Source: a virus. From it: a stretch of DNA of 64,000 bases. How positions within the stretch are numbered: position 1 is the stretch's first letter; every line of letters begins with the position of its first letter. Shown here one piece after another: positions 38,437-50,500 of this stretch. The stretch lies in the IMG/VR virus record IMGVR_UViG_3300042305_001483. The stretch is one strand, 5' to 3'. The notes under the pieces were generated by a model. The model did no database searches and was not told the DNA's origin. It worked only from the letters and a program-made list of their open reading frames with translations. The position numbers and the translations under genes are program-made.

Positions 38437-38440
38437 TATT

Positions 38441-40216
38441 TTATCTCTTTATTATGTAATGAATTGGAATGCCTCCGGCAGCAGATGTAACTCCTGTCAA
38501 ATTAGGCAAATTAAAATTAGCACCAGACCCACCATAGGTATATCCAATTACTGTGAATAATTTTGAATCTGTAATAATATTTTTCGATGATCCATTGCAA
38601 ATATACCAATCATTTTGCATTAATGTTGTTAAAGTTGATGTACCGTATGCTGTTATCATTCCAGTTTGAAATATCTGAGCATATACATCTGAAAGAAAAT
38701 CAGATTTACTAATTTTGTTTAATTGACCAGATGCAATAGTGGATGTATCAACTACAAGAATCGTTTGAGTAGCGGTAGTAGATGTAGTTAAAACTTGTCC
38801 AGTAATTAATTGTGAAGTCGCTGTTGTTACTAAATTCACATTGCTAGTTCCGTTAAATGAAACAGGCGAGGATGTTTGAACTTGTCCGGAGATAGAAAAA
38901 TTTCGCCCAACTTCAAGTTGTGAAGAAGTAGTTACCGCCCCGTAAATAGTAATTGGCGAGGAAGGACTTCCAATTTTAGAAACAAATATCTGTCTAAATG
39001 CTTTAATTGGAGATCCTAGATCATATGAATCGTTTGCCGCCGGTTCAATAATTACTCCAGAACCCACAGCGGCTCCAACGACCACCTTTCCAGTTAATGT
39101 ACTGATCCCACTTACTCTTAAATTTTCATTTATATTGACACTTTTAGCAAAGGAAGAAAGTCCGCTAACACTTAATGCCAATGATGTTGTAGTAAGATTT
39201 AATGTATTTGAAAATCTTCCAGAACCTAATACGTCAAACGTTGACTGAGGATCAGGATTGTTAACCCCAACCGTATTTAAAGATCCAACAAATTTAATAT
39301 AAGACTTATTGGTTATTCCTACTGTAAAGTTAGACGTTTGATTTGTGTATTCTACTTTGCCGCCAGCATTCGAAAAAACATTAATCTGTTCACCAGAATC
39401 AGCGTTTCTAATTTGTATTCCTGCTGAAGATTCTACTCTAAATGTTCCCGTATGCGTTTGAGGGGTTAATAAAGATTTGTTTTTTAATACTTCAGTTGCC
39501 CTTATTGACAATGTCGGAGAAATATATAAAGAAGTAGCACTTTCTGCCACACCGTTATATCTTGCCGGTATTCTTCTAGTTAAATTTGTTCCAGGTTTTA
39601 TAGTAGAAAAACCATCAATAACAGTTCTAGGTGTAAATTCATTGTATGCTAAAATTTCAACAACCTTGCCATTAATCCAATTTAATATTACAGGATAAGT
39701 TACATTGGGATCAATATTACTCTGTAGCCTAACTGTTTCAGAACCAGACTTTAGTTCGCCTGCTTCTATATTTGGCCCAACTGTGATCCAACTACTTTGA
39801 TTTCTAATCTTTACTTGATACGATGAAGTATCAACCCAAAGATCTCCAACTTTTACGTTTTGACTGTAACTTAAACTTGGATCTTGAGCCTGCTGAAACA
39901 CTCCATTAGTAGGTTGCCATCTATTGCTTGTATTCGATCCGTTATTGACTCGCAACACACTTCTTTCGGGATTACTTGTATCATACCATAACTGGCCTTT
40001 TATAGAATTAATTGGCGGATTAGGTCCGGCAAAATTTTCTAACAATTTAAGAAAATTTTGCGAAATATCTTGTCCGTAATTAGTATAACCCGAACCAACA
40101 AGATCTAAACTTGTACTGTAATTATTTTTTCCACTGCCAACAGAAGTACCAAGAACTTCAATAACTTCAGTATTATTAGGATCTGAAAAAGTTAAAGTAA
40201 AAATATATGATGACAT
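38441..40216 (-). CDS. Short tail fibre-like protein with tail-collar domain
   Basis: Same N-terminal domain; C-terminal TGMITAYG..WYICNG..LFTVIGYTYGG..FNLPNL collar motif. Confidence 0.8.
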   Translation of the reverse strand: MSSYIFTLTFSDPNNTEVIEVLGTSVGSGKNNYSTSLDLVGSGYTNYGQDISQNFLKLLENFAGPNPPINSIKGQLWYDTSNPERSVLRVNNGSNTSNRWQPTNGVFQQAQDPSLSYSQNVKVGDLWVDTSSYQVKIRNQSSWITVGPNIEAGELKSGSETVRLQSNIDPNVTYPVILNWINGKVVEILAYNEFTPRTVIDGFSTIKPGTNLTRRIPARYNGVAESATSLYISPTLSIRATEVLKNKSLLTPQTHTGTFRVESSAGIQIRNADSGEQINVFSNAGGKVEYTNQTSNFTVGITNKSYIKFVGSLNTVGVNNPDPQSTFDVLGSGRFSNTLNLTTTSLALSVSGLSSFAKSVNINENLRVSGISTLTGKVVVGAAVGSGVIIEPAANDSYDLGSPIKAFRQIFVSKIGSPSSPITIYGAVTTSSQLEVGRNFSISGQVQTSSPVSFNGTSNVNLVTTATSQLITGQVLTTSTTATQTILVVDTSTIASGQLNKISKSDFLSDVYAQIFQTGMITAYGTSTLTTLMQNDWYICNGSSKNIITDSKLFTVIGYTYGGSGANFNLPNLTGVTSAAGGIPIHYIIKR

Positions 40217-40219
40217 ATT

Positions 40220-40840
40220 TTAAGTTCCAGTACTCAAACTTTGAATTCTAATTGTATAATCAATTTGAATCATTCTGTTTAAAGATTTTTGAACAGGATG
40301 GAAAATTACATGAGTTAACAAATCTCCAGTATTCGGACCGTCTGGGTTAAATGCCCTTAACCCTAATTCGTCAAAAACAAATGGACTATCTAAATTAGTT
40401 TCATTGTCAAATGCAGACTGACCACTAGGTTCTCCAAAATCTAATAAACAACTTATTAAAATATCTGTGTAAACAGTGCCTTCTATGTGCCTAGTTTCCA
40501 TGAAATTTCTTGCAGGATCTAAAGAATAACTGCTCTTAGAATCTACATTTTTATAATAGGTTTGATTATATAAAGTTGCACCTCTACCAATGGAATTTGG
40601 AGTTAGATAAGTAATAACGCCATTTGTTACTCTAGTCCCTCCGTTACCAAAAACCATTTCGGAAATGATTCCTCGTCCTTGATTAGAAATACTTTGAGCA
40701 AGTGCAATAGAAAAATTTTCATAATGAATTGCATTTCGTTTGTTAATAAAAATTTCTCCAGTACTAGGATCAAATATTTTTATATGACCTTGAATACTAA
40801 ACGCACCGGTCTCATGTTTTAAATCTTGTTTGTTATTCAT
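40220..40840 (-). CDS. Baseplate/tail structural protein
   Basis: GHIKIFD..NAIH..FGNGG..FDELGL..LLTHVIFHPVQKSLNR.IQIDYT; preceded by TAAATA. Confidence 0.7.
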   Translation of the reverse strand: MNNKQDLKHETGAFSIQGHIKIFDPSTGEIFINKRNAIHYENFSIALAQSISNQGRGIISEMVFGNGGTRVTNGVITYLTPNSIGRGATLYNQTYYKNVDSKSSYSLDPARNFMETRHIEGTVYTDILISCLLDFGEPSGQSAFDNETNLDSPFVFDELGLRAFNPDGPNTGDLLTHVIFHPVQKSLNRMIQIDYTIRIQSLSTGT

Positions 40841-40845
40841 AATGG

Positions 40846-40851
40846 TATTTA
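40846..40851 (-). promoter_or_regulatory. Late promoter core TAAATA
   Basis: 5 nt upstream of the ATG at 40840. Confidence 0.55.
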
Positions 40852-40862
40852 TCCATATAATT

Positions 40863-41540
40863 TTATCGAATTTCTACAATAGTTTCATTACTAGGTTTTA
40901 ATTTTCTAATTTTATCTGTTAAGTGTTGAGGAATATTATAATTATCGTATCCAACTATTTTATTTTCATGGTATACTGCTTTTAATAAACATGGATTAGA
41001 GACATCACTATGATCTTGCATGTATCCCACACCCAATGCAACTAAAGCATATTCGTCTGTATAACCTAAAGCATTGGCTACATTTTTTGAATCAAAACAA
41101 ATAGAAAATCCTGTATCTAACCCAAGATCTTCAGCAATTGTCATTACTACGCCTGCACCAATTCCAGATTCTAAAAATGCCTTTTGTATTCTTTTTTCAA
41201 ATCTATATTTTTGAATTGCCCAATTTTCTTCAGTTCCGTCAACTTCCTTATATCTAGTTACCCACATAAAAAGATATTGTGCAAGTAGTTGCCCGTTAAA
41301 ATATTTAACAACACCGGGTCCTAATAATTTATTATTTTCATCAGCCCAAGCATAGTTATCGTAAATATTTTTTTTAATATCATAAGAATTTGGACCAAAA
41401 ATGACACATTTTTGTTCGTATCCGCATTGTTTACTAGGAACTCGATATAAGTTTTCAATAATAGTATCAATTTTTTCTTTTTCTACTACTCTTGTATAAT
41501 CCCACCATCTTGCGGTAATTCTATTTTCTAAGTATGTCAT
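40863..41540 (-). CDS. Nitroreductase-fold flavoprotein
   Basis: LENRITARWW, RVPSKQ, ESGIGAG..AEDLGLDTGF, ALGVGY. Confidence 0.7.
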   Translation of the reverse strand: MTYLENRITARWWDYTRVVEKEKIDTIIENLYRVPSKQCGYEQKCVIFGPNSYDIKKNIYDNYAWADENNKLLGPGVVKYFNGQLLAQYLFMWVTRYKEVDGTEENWAIQKYRFEKRIQKAFLESGIGAGVVMTIAEDLGLDTGFSICFDSKNVANALGYTDEYALVALGVGYMQDHSDVSNPCLLKAVYHENKIVGYDNYNIPQHLTDKIRKLKPSNETIVEIR

Positions 41541-41560
41541 ATTGTTCCTTCAAAAAATTA

Positions 41561-44500
41561 TTAATTTGAATTTCCGTAATACCATTTATCAGGAATTTCT
41601 GTAGAATGTCGCCTTATGAACTTAGATTGAATTGACTCGGATTCCATCAACGATGTTGATGTATTCCAATAATTTCCTATTTTTTGTTCTATTTCAACTT
41701 TAGTTCTTAAAGTAAAATCTTCAACATGAATATTTAATTCAAAATTACCAGTTGATTCATTAAATTTAACAGTAAATTCTGGATCAAGTGTTCTTAAACT
41801 TGTAGACGTAGAATCGTATGCTAAATTGTAATCATGTACTTTAGACGCAGTTTTTCTCAACAGTCTACCACCAAATTTAACAGAAATCTGATCGTTAAGG
41901 TACTGCTCTAAACCATTTGTTGTACTTAATATAATACCATCTCCACCAGACTGATACATAGTTCCGGTGTTAATAACAAATGAACTTGAACTAATAGCAA
42001 TCGTGTACGTTCCATTAGAATTTGTAACAGTATTAACAACATATGTTCCAGTGGCTTCAGATGTTATATGATACTGTTTCTTAATGGTATCAGTATAAGG
42101 AATAAATTGTTGAGGGCTTTGATCAAAGACTTTTGTTCCAACATCGGATATTTCTGCAGGAGAAGTACCCATAGTACCCCTTCTAAGTCCGCTTAGTACA
42201 TTACTATCTTTAGAGAAAAATTCAATTCTTTCGCTATCGACGAATATAACTCCCGGAATATTTCTGTGGAAATTAGGAGGTATTAAACTTGAAGAATCTG
42301 TTACATGAATTTCAGTATCAGTTAACTTTAATTCTTTAGTTAATCTTGTACCGTAAAAATTAGATAATCTAGAATATGTGGTTCTATTAAAAATGTCATT
42401 AAATATTTTATATCCATAAACTAAATTAGATCGTAATGTTGTCGAAACATATGAAATAGTAATTTCGTCATCAGATTGAATACTAATAGAATTGTTTAGT
42501 GAAACTGTTCTAAAATCATCCAAAATAGTAAAATCATTGTTAGCAATCAAATATTGTTTATTCAATGCTACCCAAACATATCTACTATCAGATACCGGCA
42601 ATCCTAAAGTAAATTTTAGACCAGCATCGCCTTTAAATCTTTCCGTCCTCAACATCATTCCATCATAATCAGCAAATGATATAACTTTAACTGAACTAGA
42701 AGGTTGAATTGGAGTTGTAAAAATTATAGTGTTATTATTAATTACATAATCAAAATTAACTAATGATTCAATTGCTAAAATTGCGCCGTTAGATGCTATT
42801 CCAGATGATATTGTCACTGTACCAGTAACACTATTAATAGAATAATCAAAACCAGGAGCAAGCAATCGACCGTTTAAATAGACTTTAATATTTGAATTAG
42901 TATATGTTCCCGGAGGACGGCTTGTATTGTCAATATTGAAAGTTGTTGTCGATCCATCCAATTTATAGTAATTAACATCAGGAGGATTTAAACGCTTTCT
43001 GCCTTTAACTAAAGTAGTCGAATCTGGTTCATATACTTCAACAAATACTTGAGCACTTAACGGCTCAGTTGTTCCTAATAAATTTGTGACCAAAATACTA
43101 GAAGTAGGTGCTGCAATACTAAATTGTTCTTCAAATATTTGACTAAATTTTCCAAAATTAGATTTTAAAAACCAAGCCTGGATTGTTCGTTTACTGTCTG
43201 CAATATTAGTTACCCTAACTGCCGCCCTCTTATTTTTTGGTCCCGCAGGTATTAGTTCGTAATTGCTAGAATTAACTTCACGACCGTCTATTGTCACATA
43301 TACACTTCTTATATCATCAATAAACGCAGAACTAATCAATGTCGCAGTACTCTGTCCATATTCAGTTAATAACGTAACCGAGTCTGCAACATATTCTCCG
43401 CCAATAGTTAATAAATTGTAACCTACTTTACCGTTAACATCTTGAGGCGCAATATACAATTCATCATTCATAACGTAAAATTGAGAAGAGGTTGTAAAGA
43501 AATACTCATCAACAACTCCACTGCTAGGAGGTTCATATATTCTATCTAACATCTTTCCTTCGAAATTTACAGTTATATAAATTGATTCTTCTAAAGGTAC
43601 TCCCAATTTAAACGATGATATAGCGTTTGCACTAATAGGGACTATACCGGACATTGCAATCGGCGACGATTTATTTTCTTGAGTAAACACATTGATAGAA
43701 ACAGATTCATATGTATTACCTTTAACATGCTCTTCCGGTGATTGACCAATATTTTGAGATATTAATCCACTACCGTCAATAACTAAATCACCAGGATTAA
43801 TGCCAAGGGCTCCTACAAAATTTCCAGAACCGTTCCACGACCCTGCACTTATTTCAGTATCTAATTCATCAAAACTAAAGTTATCTTTCCAAAATTCTAC
43901 AATTGGATATCCATACAAATCAACTTTTATTTTGTTTGTTACATTTGAATTTAGATTAAAAATTTCAACATTATATGTGTTATTTGAAGTAGTTGAAACA
44001 TTATAATAACTTCCATACAATAGATCGTTTACATATATGGTAACCGTAGAAACACTGTTAAATAAAACATTTGTGTCATAGGCCACTGTTGAAGTATTAG
44101 ATACTAAATTTTCAAAAGAATAAATGTTGTAAAGAGAATTTACATTAACTTCATTAAATACCGCCGGAACAGTTACCTTTGCAGTTACACCTAAAGTTTT
44201 TACTGTTGATGTTGTCAATAATGTAATAGCGTGTGTTCCGGTTCCTACAGCAGTAAATCTATCTGTTCCAGAATTAGTAACAATATATTTTCCGTCAAAT
44301 CCTAAAATAGTTCCGTCGTCAACTCCGGATATTTCTATAATAGAACCACTAGTTATTTTTCCATTAAAATCTTCGGTAGTAAAAAATACTATATTTCCTT
44401 GAGTAGTTAAGGAATCAGATATAATTCGTTTTAATCTGTATTCAGAATTTGCAATAGAAACTGTTTTAGTAGAAGTATTAACAGCAGATACTACTGCATC

Positions 44501-47500
44501 ACTTCTTATATGAGATGTAGAAGTATTTGTTAATAAAATTTTCTGACCAATACTTACACCTTCAACAGAATCTAGATAAAGAACTGTTCCAGAATAATTT
44601 ATATTTTTAACTAATTTAGCCGAAGTATAATAGTTAACTAAATTTGACCACGCTGAATCGTTATCAAAATAACCGTAATTCCATGGTAACGAATAACCAA
44701 AATTTAACCCTTGAATTACTGTATTTTTATATTCTGCTCCCGACATCAATAGCGGGATTTCTTTACCTACCATATCGTCCGTTGGTTGATAAAATTTGTT
44801 AATTCTATCAACAGCATGATAAATTGATATATTTTTCTCGTAGGTAATTTTAAATTTTTGTCCTAATTTTGGAATATAATTTAAAAATACAAACTCACAA
44901 TATTGACTTGTATAATTATTAATATTTTCTGTAAAATATTCAATTGTATAATCAGTTGAAAAAATAATTTTACTATCCAATAAAGGAACAATTTTTGATT
45001 TATTCGGTTGCGCTAACCATGTTAATCTAAATCTATTATTTCCAGTACACTCAAAAGTTTCAGTAATTCTAGAACTATCTATTTCTTCATTAACTCCAGT
45101 TCTATCAAATTTAATGCCTAATATATTTTTTCTAATATAATCATTGCCTAATTCTACCGAAACCTTTGCAGGTTTTACAACATTTGGGCCGCCACCGACT
45201 ATAGTAACAGTAGGTGGTCGAACATATCCGCTTCCAGGATTTGAAACTAAAACTTTAAATACTCCGCCATTTCGAATATATGCTTCTGCAGTTGCTCCAC
45301 TGCCTGTATCACCGAGTGCAGGAGTTATAACTACCGTAGGATTCTGTGTGTATCCTTCTCCGTTGTCAGCAACTAAGACATTCTTAACATAATATTTGTA
45401 ATTGTCAGCCCACCATTTCCAAGGATACTCAGTAATCTCACTACTTGTCAATCCAACTAATTCATAACTGTTTGAAACAGTATTAAAATATGCAGGCAAA
45501 TCAAAATCTGTAGATACACTATTTGAAGTTTCATTTGTTAATGAGTATTTTGATGTGTAAGATCTAATTTTTGTTCTATATGGTTTTACTTCTCTAATAT
45601 AATCTTCGAAATAGTTTTCGTTGTCTAACCTATAAACTGATTTTTGATCTAATTCGCCAACTTGATTGTTAACAGAAATAAAACTAGTTTTAAATACCCA
45701 ATCTAAAAGTTTTTGTTCAGTAAATGCATATCGAACTGCTTTAAAGAAGAATAAATTCCAATTTATTTTTAGATTACCTACAAAAATATCGTCTTTTAGG
45801 GCATATAAAATATGATTTAATTCTTGATCAGGAATTTGATCATATAAAGTTTCTTCCAATGTAGCAGCGTCATAGGAATAATTAGATTCTTTAAAATTCC
45901 AAATTTCATCAGAAATTTGAATTGTTCCATTTTGGCTATAGACAATTTTATATTGTAGGGCAAAATCTCCTATTTGATCACTATCTAATTTTTCTAGAAT
46001 TATGTATCGACCATCACCTACATTATTGATTTTTACATAATCACCCGTGACAGTAGAAGACGCTATCGGCAATTCTGTTGGATCTTTTAATACTACTGCG
46101 TAGTCTTTATAACCATTGTAATTTTCGTCTACCCAATCTACATAATTCCAATACAACGGAGTATTATAAGATTGTGTCTGAATTCTTGTCCAATTTTTAA
46201 ATTCATAATTGAAAAGATGTTTAGTCCACCTGTTTCCGTATTCTGAATTTGTTCGAACAATCGTCGTGTGCCCTCTTATAATAATTTTTTCTGAACTATC
46301 TAAATTTCCTAGATAATTTTTTCCAGGGTTAGAAATTATTACATTAATAACTCTTCCACTTCCGTCAATTTCAGATAATAGTTCGGCACCTTCTCCAGAA
46401 CTAGAAAGTATTTCAATTTTTGGAGGAATGCTATACCCAAAACCAGGATTTATAATTTCAACACTAACTACTTTTCCATTATATGTACTATAGATTAGTT
46501 CTGCTTGTGAGAATTTAGAAATATCAATTTGATCTAATTCTTCTAAATCATCAACAATAAAATCATACTCTCTAGATAAAATATCTGGTATTTCTTCTTT
46601 CTTATTTAGGTTAGTAAAATCATAAAACCCAGTAATTTTATTTTTTATTAGTACAGAATTAGTAAACTCAACAAGATTTCTTAACGCCAATAATCTATCT
46701 TTAAACATTGATTGACGAGGTCTTATTTCTATGCCATACCTATTTCTTACTGATAAATTTAAATCAGGAACTGTTTGACCTAAATCATCGTGACCTAATA
46801 AACTATCAAATAACTTTTTAGTTAACGTGGTAGTTGGGACACTGTCTTTATTTCCTTCTTCTAATAGCAACCATTCTGTATGTTTAGGAATATTATTATT
46901 AATTTCATCAAATGAAATGTTTGAATTAATTCTATCGCCGACTAAAATTGGTTGAACATTCGCAAACGAAATAGCATTTTGAGACAATATCGATGCAAAT
47001 CTTATTCCATTTGCAGCAGGATCTAAAATCAAATTAGCAACTTGTATAGCACTGATTCTTCTATTACGAGAATTAGGTACAGTAACTTTATTTTTTACCC
47101 AGAAATAATAAACATTCTCAAAAGAATTAGTAACATTGTTGAACACCTGTTTAACAGACATTACTGAATTATCTGGATATTTTGGTTGTCCGCTAATTCC
47201 TTTTGTTAATCCTTCATTAGTATCTGCTTGCGCAGCCCATTCTGACGGCAATAAATCGGATTTAACCCATTCGTAAATATCTATACTTGATCCAGGAAAA
47301 ATTTTACCCCAATTATTTTTTCTAAATATTTCATCGCCCTGTTCATACCATAGATATTTAACAGTACTTAGATCCCACCATAAATCACCTATATGGTCAT
47401 CAATCCAACTAGAATTTGAATCTACAGAATTTAATGCAGTTCCTATCGAATACATTGCAGGATCAAACGTAGATTTGTATTTTAACTCTTGTTCTGCTAA

Positions 47501-50500
47501 TCCTATAATTTTTCCTTTTACAGGATCAAAAATATCTAGATACTCAATTATTTCTTCTTTAAAAGAATCTATTAATTTAATACTTTTGATTTTTTGAGAA
47601 TCTACTAGATTTGGTTGATTTCTTAAAACTTTCCAACTGTTGATTGAAGTATCTAATTTGTCAAATTTAAAGAACGTAGAATCGTCTAGAGAAGTAGCAT
47701 TTTTAATCCACGGTGCGCCTACAAGAATAAAATCATTTAGAGAAGACACAGAAAAACCAAATCTACTTCCTTCTAAAATTGAAGAATCGCTTAATTCTTC
47801 AGATTGAATAAAATATCCATCTAAGTTGTTGAAAACATAAACAGTTCCAGAATCGTCAACAGGTGAAATAAATTCTGTGCTTCCTTTATCAAATGTTGTT
47901 TTTCCTACATTTGAATTTTCATCAAATACATAAGTTGATGATCTATTTCTTCCAAGAGCGCCTACTGTTAAAATATCTTCATTCTTGTTTAGAGAAATAC
48001 TTACTCCAAATTTTAAATCTGTAGTAAACGATGGATTTTCTATAATTTGATTTAAGACGTAAGTTCCAGTAGATGTTAAATTTGTAGCAGAATAAACTGC
48101 AATATTTCCAAATGTACCATCACTATTTTTTATGTCAGGAGACGAAATTAATAAGAATTTTCCTGACGATGAAACAAAAATATCAGAACCAAATGTTCGA
48201 TTTTCTTCAAACGGAGAATATATAACTTGCTTTGAAACTAAATTTTTATTAAAAATTTCCACCAACCCTGTTTTACTACCGGTTGTAAATCCAGGTGCCG
48301 AAACTGCAATAAAATTTCCATTATCGCTTCCGGATATTTTTTCACCCCACTTACTGTATTGAGTAAGTATTACGGAAGAAGTTAAAGATATACCAGCGGT
48401 ATGTTGAACTAAACTTATTGCGTTAGAATCAGTAGAAGTAGTTAAATGATATGCAAACACAAATCCAGTTGATGTATTGTTAACTCCATCGCCAGGTGCT
48501 CCAATTAATACTGTCGTAGCAGTTGATTTGTTAACTTTATCAACATATATTGTATTTCCGAATCTTAAATAATTTGCTTTAGCAGATGTGTTAGAGTAAG
48601 AGCCTGGAGCAAGCAATATTGCTACAGTTTCTTCCTCTTCTACTGTAGATTTTTCTCTACTAATTTTTACTAATCCTTCAGAAATAAATCCCTTAGAACT
48701 TCCCGTGCCCGTACTAAAAGAAATTGTTCCAGTGTTGTTAGTAATAATATTAGATGCTTTAGGTGCTCCAGCAAAAATTAATTCTTTACCATCATCATAA
48801 TTTAATGTATATCCAAATTCAGAATTTGTCGATGTACTGCAATAAATTTTGTTGTTTGAATTTAAAATGTATTCGAACAACTTATCTAATATATTCTGTT
48901 TTTGGTTGTAAACCCATATTCTTCCAACACTATTAGCACTACCGCTGTTCCAAGATGGAGAAGAAACTAAAACAACTTGAGAATTGTCTCTAGCATAAAT
49001 TGAATACCCTAATTCTTGTCCAAAAGGATTACCCAAAGAATTAAAATAGGTTCCTGTACTATAATTTTTAACTTTTTCATAGACAGACCACTTTTGATCA
49101 ACTTTATCTACCCAAATTTTTTCTCCGTTTTCAAATTTATATAATTCTTTAAACTCTGAAACTTTTAAAAAATCTTCAAATCTAACTGATTGAAATTTAA
49201 AAATACTACCTAGTTCAACAAGATCGTCGTCTACAATCGAAGATAGAGTAGAATCAACTGTAAATTGATTTAATTTTGGTACTGCTTTAACATTATAGAT
49301 ACCGTTTACTTGATCATTAAAATTAACAACGGAAACAATATCTCCAATTTTTAAATCATGAAATAGATCACAAGAAAATGTGATATCAATTCCAGGTGAA
49401 CTTACAAACACTCCTGTAATTTTTGCTGTTTGTTTAGAATACCTGTAAACGTCCCAATTTCCATTGTCTAAAAATCCTATCCATATTGTATCTTTTTCAT
49501 TTAATAAATTGTTGTTTGCAATATCAAGAATACTGTTAGTGTTGTATGCTGTTACATTTACATCATCGGGTCTAACATAACCTGCTGAAGGAAATTGAAA
49601 TAAACTTTCGTCTTGCACTTCATTTTTACTAATCTTAAATACGTCATTTATTTCAAAATTTGTAGGCTTAATTAAAATATCTTCTGATAGAATATAATTA
49701 ATTAAGTTATTTTTTTCTGCAGGAACTTCATTGCTAAACTTAACAATATAAGGATTTTCTAAAGAATTTCCTTCATTTAATTTAAATTCTACTTCTTGGA
49801 ATGTTTCGTATCCACCATAATGACCGACTCTAAATGCCCACTCTTCAGTAAAATTAATACTTCCTTTTCTAGCATAAGATCCAACTTTTACAATTTTATC
49901 TAATGCGTTTTTGGTTCCTTTTTCTTTAATGTAACCTTGATAAAATTTATACTGAGTTGTTGGGTTAGTAAAAATGTTATTTAAATAAGGTCTCTCAGAG
50001 TAACCTATTAGGTGTTGCGCTAATTGTTGTTGAGAGATATCAAAATTATCAATATCTAAACTGTAAAAATCTTCAAACTGATTAATCTTATAAGAAAAAT
50101 TAGGCAATAAATCTGGAGAAGGTTGTTCTCTTAATTTCGACCATTCATTAAAATTAAAAAATTCACTTCCCACAATTTTAATGTTTGATTGATAATAAAC
50201 TCCATTATACCTAACAATTGAACCCGGCAAGTAGGAAACAAATGGTTTCCAATCGCCAACAAAAACTTCATCATAAACAAATCCCGGACTAAAGAAATCA
50301 CCGTTCCAATTTGCTGTTCTAAATCCAGAAATTTTTAATCTTCTTTGTCTGTAGCCGGTGTCTAAATCATAAATTATATCATTGAATAATGTCCTATTAT
50401 CAAAAATCATTGCATGTTCTTTTTGTACAGTATTCAATAATGCAAAAAACAATCCTTCTTCAGTGTTAACAGTTTCGATGACACAAATACCATCATCTCT

